Assembly (NCBI RefSeq): GCF_037482545.1
Contig: NZ_JBBIAA010000001.1
Span: 321,226 to 385,225, forward strand
Source of the DNA: Pseudokineococcus basanitobsidens
Lineage (GTDB): Bacteria; Actinomycetota; Actinomycetes; Actinomycetales; Quadrisphaeraceae
Direction: 5' to 3'
DNA length: 64,000 nt
Each line of letters begins with the position of its first letter. The first letter of the stretch is position 1. The position numbers and the translations under genes are program-made. Shown here piece by piece: positions 57,275 to 64,000 of this stretch. The notes beneath the pieces are model-generated. The model was not told where the DNA came from. It did no database searches and was given only the letters and a program-made list of their open reading frames with translations.

Positions 57275-58441
57275 ATGCTGCAGTTCCCCGAGGGCTTCCG
57301 CTGGGGCGCGGCCACCGCCGCCCACCAGGTCGAGGGCGGCAACGTCGCCAGCGACTGGTGGGCCCGCGAGCACGCGCCCGGCACGACCGTCCCCGAGCCG
57401 AGCGGCGACGCCTGCGACAGCTACCACCGCTACCCCGAGGACATGCGGCTGCTCGCGGAGGCGGGCCTCGACACCTACCGCTTCTCGGTGGAGTGGGCCC
57501 GCGTCGAGCCCGAGCCGGGTCTCGTCTCCCGCGCGGCGCTGGACCACTACCGGCGCATGGTGGAGACGGCCCGGTCGCTCGGCGTCACGCCGATGGTGAC
57601 GCTGCACCACTTCACGCTGCCGCGGTGGCTCGCCGACCGCGGCGGGTGGCGGGCGCCCGAGGCCGTCGACGCCTTCGCGCGGTACACCGAGACGGTCCTG
57701 CCCGTCGTCGAGGACGTCGACCGCGTCTGCACGATCAACGAGCCCAACATGGTCGCGGTGATGGCGGGGGCCGACGGCGGGGAGAGCCTCGTGGCCGCGG
57801 GCCTGCCGGCGCCGGACCCCGTGGTCACGCAGGCGCTCGTCGCGGCCCACCGGCGCAGCCGCGAGGTCCTCTCCGCCGCCCCGCTCGTGCGCTCGGGCTG
57901 GACCGTCGCCACGCAGGACCACCAGCCCGAGCCCGGCTGCGAGCAGGTGGCGCACGAGTACGGCTACCCGCGCGACGCCCTCTTCCTCGAGGCGGCCGCC
58001 GACGACGACTGGGTCGGCGTGCAGGCCTACACGCGCACGAAGGTCGGGCCCGACGGCCCGCTCCCCGTCCCCGACGACGTCGAGACGACCCTGACGGGCT
58101 GGGAGTACTACCCGCCCGCCCTCGCCGACGGGGTCCGGCTGGCCGCCCGGTGGGCGCCCGGGGTCCCGGTGCTCGTCACGGAGAACGGCATCGCGACGGC
58201 CGACGACGGCCGTCGCGTCGACTACCTGCGCGACGCGCTGCGGGGGCTCCACGAGGTCATGGCCGAGGGCGTGGGCGTCCAGGGCTACCTGGCCTGGAGC
58301 CTGCTCGACAACTACGAGTGGGGTTCCTACGCACCGACGTTCGGGCTCGTGGCCGTCGACCGGACGACCTTCGCGCGCACGCCGAGGCCGAGCCTGCGCT
58401 GGCTGGGCGAGGTGGCCCGCGCCAACGCCCTGCCCGGCTGA
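57275..58441 (+). CDS. glycoside hydrolase family 1 beta-glucosidase
   Basis: FPEGFRWGAATAAHQVEGG, the NEP acid/base region (TINEPN) and the catalytic nucleophile VTENG. The ATG is preceded by AGGAG. Confidence 0.85.
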   Translation: MLQFPEGFRWGAATAAHQVEGGNVASDWWAREHAPGTTVPEPSGDACDSYHRYPEDMRLLAEAGLDTYRFSVEWARVEPEPGLVSRAALDHYRRMVETARSLGVTPMVTLHHFTLPRWLADRGGWRAPEAVDAFARYTETVLPVVEDVDRVCTINEPNMVAVMAGADGGESLVAAGLPAPDPVVTQALVAAHRRSREVLSAAPLVRSGWTVATQDHQPEPGCEQVAHEYGYPRDALFLEAAADDDWVGVQAYTRTKVGPDGPLPVPDDVETTLTGWEYYPPALADGVRLAARWAPGVPVLVTENGIATADDGRRVDYLRDALRGLHEVMAEGVGVQGYLAWSLLDNYEWGSYAPTFGLVAVDRTTFARTPRPSLRWLGEVARANALPG

Positions 58442-58490
58442 CCGCGCCCGCCGCCGCACCGACCGGCATCCCTGCCACGGAGGAGCTGAC

Positions 58491-61400
58491 GTGACCACGA
58501 CCGCCCCCGCGCCCGGCGCCGCCGGGAGCCCGCACGCCGACGGCCGTCCCCGGTCGCTCCCCGACGCCGGCCACGTGCTCCGGGCCGGCGGCACGAGCGT
58601 CGAGCTCACCGGTGCCGGGGACGTCCGGGCCGTGCGCACCGCCGACGGGCTGCTCGTGGGCGCCTACCTGCCCTCGCGGCACGACGCCGGCGTCAGCGGG
58701 GTGCTCCTGCGCCGTCACCACGGCCACGACGTCACGTGGACGCCCGTCACCGGGTCGGCCTCGGCGGCGGCCGTGTCCGTGGGTCCCACGTGGGTGCGCT
58801 GGTCCGGCGAGGCCCTGGGTGCCCGCTGCGCGGTGACGCTGTCGCTCGCGGACGACGGCGGCTCCTGGGTGTGGCGCACCGACCTGGCGGCCGGGCCGGG
58901 GTGGGACCCGCAGGACCGGTACGACGTCGTCGTCGCGCAGGACCTGGCGCTCGCGCCGGAGGCCGCCGTGCGCGCGAACGAGGCCTACACCTCGCACTAC
59001 CTCGCCCACCGCGTCGTGCCGCACCCGCGCGCCGGCGTCGTCGTCGCGAGCCGGCAGACCATGGCGTGCGCGCCGGTGCTGCCGCTGGCGCTGACGGCCC
59101 TCGTCGAGGGGGCGCGGGGGCACCACGTCGACGGCTTCGCGGTCCACGGCACGGCCGCCCGGGTCGGGCGGTCGGCGGCGCTGGAGGCGCCGGCGTGGTC
59201 GAGCGGCGCCCGGCAGTACGAGATGGCGATGCCGACCCTGCTCGGCCCCCTGCTCGACCTCGCCTCGCCGCGCACGGTGCACGCCGTGACGGCGGTCGTC
59301 GCCGACCACCGCGGAGACCTGCGGGACGCGCCGGCGGTCGTCCCCGGCCTCCTCGACGACGCCGTGGCGCTCGCCGCGCGCACCCACGAGGCGGCCGCCG
59401 CGGCGACGGCCGAGCAGCCCGTGCGCTCCCTGCTCGCCACGGCGCCCCTGCTGGCGGCGCGGGACCTCGACGAGGCCGAGCTGCTCGCCGTCGGCGGCGT
59501 GGACCTGGCGTCCGCCCGCTCGCCCGAGCGCGGCGCCGACGGCGCGCTGCGCTCGTACTTCACCGACGGGGCCACGCACGTCGTCTCCCGGGCCGCCGAG
59601 CTGGAGGCCGAGCGCTCGCACGGCACGGTGCTGCGCGCCGGCGACGACGTCGCGCCCACCGACGCCGTCCTGTCCACGACGACCTGGGCCGCCGGCGTCC
59701 TCGCCTCCCACGTCGCGATGGGCAGCACGGCCGCCAACACGCTCGTCTCGGTGCACCGCTCGTCGCTGGGCCTGCTGCGCTCCGCCGGCGTGCGGGCGCT
59801 CGTCCGGGATCCGGGCGGCACCTGGCACCTGCTCGGCGTGCCCTCGGCGCTCGCCCTCGACCTCGGGGGCACGCGGTGGGTCTACGCGTCCGACCTCGGC
59901 CGCGTCGACGTCCGGACGACGGTCCGCTCCGACGCGCCGGGCCTCGAGGTCCACGTCGCGACCGAGCGGCCGCTCGAGGTCCTCGTCACCGTGGACCTCG
60001 ACGGGGCCTGGGACTGCCGGCCCGTCGACGAGGAGGTGCTGACCGACGCGGAGGCGCGGGTCGACGAGGGGGCGCCGGTCGTGCGGGCCGTCGCGCTCAC
60101 GCCGTCCGCGGGCTCGGACGTCGCCGACCACTACCCGGGGCTGACGTACGTCCTCGCGACGACGGGCGCCCTCGGCGACGACGCACCGCTGCTCGCCGAC
60201 GCCACCGCCCGCGGCACCGGGGTGCTCACCGCGGCGCTCGCCGCCGGCGCGGGGGAGGGCGCCGGCACGAGCGGGCGGCTGCTCGTCACGGCCGACCTCG
60301 CCGACCGCGGCGCCGCCCTCGCCCTCGCCCGCGAGGGGCTCGGTGGCCTCGACGTCGCCGACCACCTCGGGCGCCACCGCGAGCACCTCGCGTCGCTGAC
60401 GAAGCACCTGCGCGTGCGGGGCGACGGGCGGCTCGCCGAGCTCGACCTCCTCGTGCCCTGGTACGCGCAGAACGCGATGGTGCACCTGCTCGTCCCGCAC
60501 GGGCTGGAGCAGTACACGGGGGCGGCGTGGGGGACGCGCGACGTCTGCCAGGGACCCCTCGAGCTCATGCTCGCCGTCGGTCGCCTCGACGTCGCCCGCC
60601 GGCTCGTGCTGACCGTCCTCGCCCACCAGGACGCCCGCGGCGAGCTGCCGCAGTGGTTCATGCCCGACGCCTACGCCGAGCGCTACGCCGACGACGCCCA
60701 CGGCGACGTCCCGGTCTGGCCCCTCGTGGCCCTCGCGGAGTACCTCGAGGCGTCCGGCGACGCGGGCGTCCTCGACGAGGTCGTCCCCTTCTGGGACGGG
60801 CAGGCCCGCCGCGCCGGCACCGCGCCCGCCACCGTGGCCGACCACGTGCGGGCGACGCTCGAGCACGCCCGCACCCACCGGGCGCCCGGCACGCAGCTGC
60901 TGGCCTACGGCCACGGGGACTGGGACGACACACTCCAGCCCGCTCAGGCCTCGATGCGGGAGCGGATGACGTCGTCGTGGACGGTCGCGCTGTGGCACCA
61001 GGCCGCGCGTCAGGCCTCCCGGCTCCTCGCCGGCACGGCCCACGCGGACCTCGGGGCCGACCTCGGCCGGGAGGCCGACGTCGTCGCGGTCGAGCTCGCC
61101 GAGCACCTGCTGCTCGACGGCGAGCTGGCCGGCTACCTCGTCGTCCCGCCGGAGGACGCCGCCGGGCGCGAGCCGGCGCGGCCGGTCCTGCACCCGCGGG
61201 ACGACGTCTCCCCGGGGCACCACCGGCTCATCCCGATGACGCAGGCCGTGCTCGCGCACCTGCTGACGCCGGAGCAGGCGGCGACGCACGAGGAGCTCGT
61301 GGAGCGGCACCTGCACTTCCCGGACGGCGTGCGGCTCATGGACGCCCCGGCGCCCTACGACGACGGCGTGACGCACGTCTTCCGCCGGGCGGAGCAGTCG

Positions 61401-62045
61401 GCGTTCTTCGGCCGCGAGGTCGGGCTCATGTACACGCACGCGCACCTGCGCTACGTCGAGGCGCTCGCCGTCCTCGGCCGCGAGCGCACGGCCGCGGAGC
61501 TGCTGCGGGTCAGCCCCGTCGAGCAGCGCCGGCGGCTGCCGGCGGCCGAGCCGCGGCAGCGCAACTGCTACTCCTCCTCCTCCGACGCCGCCTTCGACGA
61601 CCGGTACGAGGCGGCCGAGCGCTTCGACGAGCTGCGGACCGGCGCGGTGCCCGTGCGCGGCGGGTGGCGCGTCTACTCCAGCGGCCCGGGCATCTACCTG
61701 CGCCAGCTCGTCCAGAAGGTCCTCGGGGTGGTCGAGCGGGAGGGGGCGCTCGTCCTCGATCCCGTGCTGGCGCGCGAGGACGACGGCCTCGTCGTCGACC
61801 TCGACGTCCTCGGCGAGCCCCGGGAGCTGCGCTACCGCGTCGTGGACCCGGCGGACGCGCCGGAGGGGCCGTTGCGGGTGCTCGCCGACGGGCGGGAGGT
61901 CGGCGGCGTCGAGCTGGAGAACCCCTACCGCAGAGGCGGTCTGCTCGTCGACGCCGTCGACCTCGCGGGTACCCGTGTCCTCGAGATCACCGTGCCGGCC
62001 GGGCGCGGGGGGATGCCCGACACTGCGGTGGCGGCGCGCCGCTGA
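58491..62045 (+). CDS. large GH94-like glycoside phosphorylase (1,2-beta-oligoglucan phosphorylase-like, (alpha/alpha)6 barrel)
   Basis: 1184 aa. AYGHGDWDDTL resembles the GH94 catalytic GDWND motif. The size and domain order match long GH94 phosphorylases. Shares a context with the GH1 enzyme and the oligosaccharide ABC system. Confidence 0.6.
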   Translation: MTTTAPAPGAAGSPHADGRPRSLPDAGHVLRAGGTSVELTGAGDVRAVRTADGLLVGAYLPSRHDAGVSGVLLRRHHGHDVTWTPVTGSASAAAVSVGPTWVRWSGEALGARCAVTLSLADDGGSWVWRTDLAAGPGWDPQDRYDVVVAQDLALAPEAAVRANEAYTSHYLAHRVVPHPRAGVVVASRQTMACAPVLPLALTALVEGARGHHVDGFAVHGTAARVGRSAALEAPAWSSGARQYEMAMPTLLGPLLDLASPRTVHAVTAVVADHRGDLRDAPAVVPGLLDDAVALAARTHEAAAAATAEQPVRSLLATAPLLAARDLDEAELLAVGGVDLASARSPERGADGALRSYFTDGATHVVSRAAELEAERSHGTVLRAGDDVAPTDAVLSTTTWAAGVLASHVAMGSTAANTLVSVHRSSLGLLRSAGVRALVRDPGGTWHLLGVPSALALDLGGTRWVYASDLGRVDVRTTVRSDAPGLEVHVATERPLEVLVTVDLDGAWDCRPVDEEVLTDAEARVDEGAPVVRAVALTPSAGSDVADHYPGLTYVLATTGALGDDAPLLADATARGTGVLTAALAAGAGEGAGTSGRLLVTADLADRGAALALAREGLGGLDVADHLGRHREHLASLTKHLRVRGDGRLAELDLLVPWYAQNAMVHLLVPHGLEQYTGAAWGTRDVCQGPLELMLAVGRLDVARRLVLTVLAHQDARGELPQWFMPDAYAERYADDAHGDVPVWPLVALAEYLEASGDAGVLDEVVPFWDGQARRAGTAPATVADHVRATLEHARTHRAPGTQLLAYGHGDWDDTLQPAQASMRERMTSSWTVALWHQAARQASRLLAGTAHADLGADLGREADVVAVELAEHLLLDGELAGYLVVPPEDAAGREPARPVLHPRDDVSPGHHRLIPMTQAVLAHLLTPEQAATHEELVERHLHFPDGVRLMDAPAPYDDGVTHVFRRAEQSAFFGREVGLMYTHAHLRYVEALAVLGRERTAAELLRVSPVEQRRRLPAAEPRQRNCYSSSSDAAFDDRYEAAERFDELRTGAVPVRGGWRVYSSGPGIYLRQLVQKVLGVVEREGALVLDPVLAREDDGLVVDLDVLGEPRELRYRVVDPADAPEGPLRVLADGREVGGVELENPYRRGGLLVDAVDLAGTRVLEITVPAGRGGMPDTAVAARR

Positions 62046-62053
62046 CCGGCCGG

Positions 62054-62101
62054 GCGCCCACGACGGCGCCCACGACGGCGCCCACGACGGCGCCCGTGGC
62101 G
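62054..62101. repeat. 12-bp tandem repeat gcgcccacgacg x3-4, non-coding
   Basis: Read directly. Starts immediately 3' of the phosphorylase stop. Confidence 0.8.
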
Positions 62102-62164
62102 GCCAGGTGGGTGGTCCGCCGGTCCGCGCGCTCCGTCCGGGCGCCCGCCCGTGCCGTCGGCACC

Positions 62165-62458
62165 ATGCTGCTCCTCGTGCGGAGGACGGGGCTCCTGGTC
62201 GTGGCAGCAGCGCTGCTCGTCGTGGCGGGTGCCGTCGTGACGGCCACCGCGCCACCGACGTCCTTCGGCTGGTTCGCGTACGCCCCGTTCTCCGGCGACA
62301 GGTACGTCCCGCCCTCGCTCGACGACGGGGCCCTCTCCCCGGCCCTGCCGCTCGTCCTCGGGGGGCAGCAGCTGGTGGGCGCGGTCCTCGTGGTCCTGGG
62401 CCTGGTCGTCGCCGGCGTCGCCCTCGGGACCCGGCTCGGCCGTCGCCGGCCGCGCTGA
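62165..62458 (+). CDS. small two-TM membrane protein (hypothetical)
   Basis: 97 aa (MLLLVRRTGLLVVAAALLVVAGAVV...QLVGAVLVVLGLVVAGVALG). High GC3. Follows the phosphorylase. Confidence 0.35.
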   Translation: MLLLVRRTGLLVVAAALLVVAGAVVTATAPPTSFGWFAYAPFSGDRYVPPSLDDGALSPALPLVLGGQQLVGAVLVVLGLVVAGVALGTRLGRRRPR

Positions 62459-62467
62459 CCGCCTCGC

Positions 62468-63694
62468 TCAGTCCGGCGCGTGCTGCCGGAGGTACCGGCC
62501 GAAGTGGGGGACGGTGAAGGCGATCCGGCCGCGCTCGGCGCTCCAGACGAGCCCCTTCTTGAGCAGCGCGTCACGGGCGGGGGAGAGGGACTGCGGCTTG
62601 CGGCCCAGCCGGCTCGCGACGTCCGACGTCGCGACGGCGCCGTCGCCGTTCTCCGCGCCGAGGTCGGCCATGGCGCGCATGTACTCGCGCTCGGCGGGGG
62701 TCGCCCGCTCGTAGCGCGAGCCGAAGAAGCCGACGGCGAGCTCGGCCTCCGCCTGCGGCGCCGCCACGGCGACGTCCTCGGCCGTGATGGGCGAGGCCGT
62801 CGCGACGTCCCAGACCGCCTTGCCGTAGGCCTGGACGAAGTACGGGTACCCGTCGGTGGCCACGTGCAGGGCCTCCAGGGCCTCGGGGGCGAAGTCGGCG
62901 TCCTCCTCCTGCGCCGGCGCCCGCAGGGCGCGGTCGGCCTGGTCGCGGTCGAGGGCGCCGATGCTGACGTACCGGAAGAGCCTCTCGCTGTAGGACTTCG
63001 ACGCGGACAGCACGGCCGGCAGGTGCGGCAGGCCCGCGCCGACGACGAGCAGCGGGAGGCCCTGCTGGCTCAGCTCGTGGCAGGCGGCGCACAGCGCGGA
63101 GACGTCCTCGGGCATCAGGTCCTGCATCTCGTCGATGCAGACCGCGATGCCGCGGCCGGCGCTCTGGGCGAGCCCGGCGACGTCGGTGAGGAGCTCGACG
63201 AGGTCGATCTCGACGTCGCCGGAGTCCGCGCGGCCGACGGCGGCGGGGACGTCGATGCCGGGCTGCCAGCGGTCGCGCAGCCTCGGCGCCGACCGCCCGC
63301 GCGCGCCCGCGCCCACCGGCTGCGGCTCGGCCGCGCGCAGCGCGAAGGCCTTGACGACGCCGAGGACCTCGGCCGCCTCGTCGGGGTGGCGGCCGGACAG
63401 CTCGCGCACCGCCTGGTGCAGCGCGGCGGCCAGGGGGCGGCGCAGCGGCTGGTCCGGGCGGGCCTCGAGCTTGCCGGTGCCCCAGCCGCGCCGGACGGCC
63501 GCCGAGCGCAGCGCGCCGAGCAGCACCGTCTTGCCGACCCCGCGCAGCCCGGTGAGGACGACGGACCGCTCGGGGCGCCCGCGCGCGAGCCGCTCGAGGA
63601 TGACGTCGAAGGCCTCGGTCTCCCGGTCGCGGCCCGCGAGCTCGGGCGGGCGCTGCCCGGCGCCGGGGGCGTAGGGGTTGCGCACGGGGTCCAC
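62468..63694 (-). CDS. AAA+ ATP-binding protein with C-terminal wHTH (ORC/Cdc6-like prokaryotic ATPase family)
   Basis: Walker A (GLRGVGKTVLL), Walker B (VCIDEMQDL) and a C-terminal winged-helix domain. Confidence 0.7.
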   Translation of the reverse strand: MDPVRNPYAPGAGQRPPELAGRDRETEAFDVILERLARGRPERSVVLTGLRGVGKTVLLGALRSAAVRRGWGTGKLEARPDQPLRRPLAAALHQAVRELSGRHPDEAAEVLGVVKAFALRAAEPQPVGAGARGRSAPRLRDRWQPGIDVPAAVGRADSGDVEIDLVELLTDVAGLAQSAGRGIAVCIDEMQDLMPEDVSALCAACHELSQQGLPLLVVGAGLPHLPAVLSASKSYSERLFRYVSIGALDRDQADRALRAPAQEEDADFAPEALEALHVATDGYPYFVQAYGKAVWDVATASPITAEDVAVAAPQAEAELAVGFFGSRYERATPAEREYMRAMADLGAENGDGAVATSDVASRLGRKPQSLSPARDALLKKGLVWSAERGRIAFTVPHFGRYLRQHAPD

Positions 63695-63745
63695 GCCGCG
63701 ACCGTAGGTGCGCGCCGGCGCCCGGGCGCGGACGTCTGGCGCCGT

Positions 63746-64000
63746 CTAGGCGTGTCGCCAGACGGCCGCAGAGTGCGGGACGGCCGGGTCAGGCCCGGGC
63801 CGTCGCCAGGTGCGAGAGGACGTGCACGGTCCCGGCGCCAGCCTCGGCCGGCTGCGGGACGGCCTGGAGGGCGACGAGGACAGGGCGCCGGGCTCGAAGA
63901 CGAGGCAGTGGGTGCTGCCGCCGAACTGGAAGTAGCCGATCTCCTCGCCCTTCGCGACGTGCTGCCCCGGCTCGACGACCGTCACGCACGAGGAGACGTC
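63746..64000 (-). CDS. psd: phosphatidylserine decarboxylase, C-terminal part (gene continues beyond window end)
   Basis: The VAKGEEIGYFQFGGSTHCLVFEPGA motif matches the Psd C-terminal GSTV region. The frame after FEPGA is uncertain, with a competing frame 63789..63989. Confidence 0.5.
   Translation of the reverse strand, partial: DVSSCVTVVEPGQHVAKGEEIGYFQFGGSTHCLVFEPGALSSSPSRPSRSRPRLAPGPCTSSRTWRRPGPDPAVPHSAAVWRHA

Noticed and set aside
1-64000. Searched by eye for transposase or integrase signatures, phage genes, restriction-modification or Cas proteins, tRNA-like low-GC islands and rRNA.
   Set aside because: None could be supported. No ORF shows a DDE, tyrosine-recombinase or Cas motif, and no conspicuous GC-content dip suggests a horizontally acquired island or stable-RNA gene.

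Overview
This is a high-GC (about 72%) actinobacterial chromosomal segment. No tRNA, rRNA, CRISPR array, transposase or integrase could be supported from the sequence. About 58 genes are called, dominated by carbohydrate uptake and processing and read by eye from the ORF track; no searches were run.

Main operons, left to right:
- 5937..10233: a CUT1-type sugar ABC transporter (substrate-binding protein plus two permeases, no ATPase) followed by a GH172/DUF2961 enzyme, with a convergent LacI-family regulator.
- 11425..18118: seven translationally coupled genes, start and stop codons overlapping by 4 nt throughout. They are a substrate-binding protein, two permeases, a UPF0261 (Tm-1-like) protein, a PEP-hydrolase-like protein, an EthD-like protein and a Gfo/Idh/MocA oxidoreductase.
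- 18103..25080: a ROK regulator divergent from a LacI paralog that lacks the DNA-binding domain, an L-fucose-isomerase-family protein and a dehydroquinate-synthase-like sugar-phosphate cyclase, with a convergent FGGY kinase.
- 44724..50729: a sulfatase followed by a second GH172 paralog, divergent from a TIM-barrel sugar-phosphate isomerase/epimerase, a Gfo/Idh/MocA oxidoreductase and a LacI regulator.
- 50875..62045: an Opp/Dpp-type ABC transporter with a fused double ATPase, an alpha/beta hydrolase, a GH1 beta-glucosidase and an 1184-aa GH94-like glycoside phosphorylase.

Interspersed between these are signalling genes (membrane GGDEF-EAL, PAS-GAF-PP2C phosphatase, ECF sigma factor coupled to ogt, RsbW-like kinase, MarR), housekeeping genes (pheA, arcA, partial psd), a flotillin, GNAT, thioesterase and PPOX-family genes.

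Non-coding signals worth a second look:
- An identical 12-mer GAAATCGATTCC lies just downstream of TTGACG-N17-TANNNT promoters at two loci, with a perfect GAGCAATCGATTGCTC palindrome nearby.
- Two copies of the 16-bp palindrome ATGTAyGCGCATACAT flank the second LacI regulator.
- A 41-bp tandem repeat of about 5.8 units fills the convergent gap between arcA and a SEC-C-motif gene.
- Several 12-bp tandem repeats, most of them in-frame.

The most interesting system-level hypothesis is an uncharacterised sugar-to-cyclitol (or cyclitol-like) pathway built around the dehydroquinate-synthase-like cyclase.
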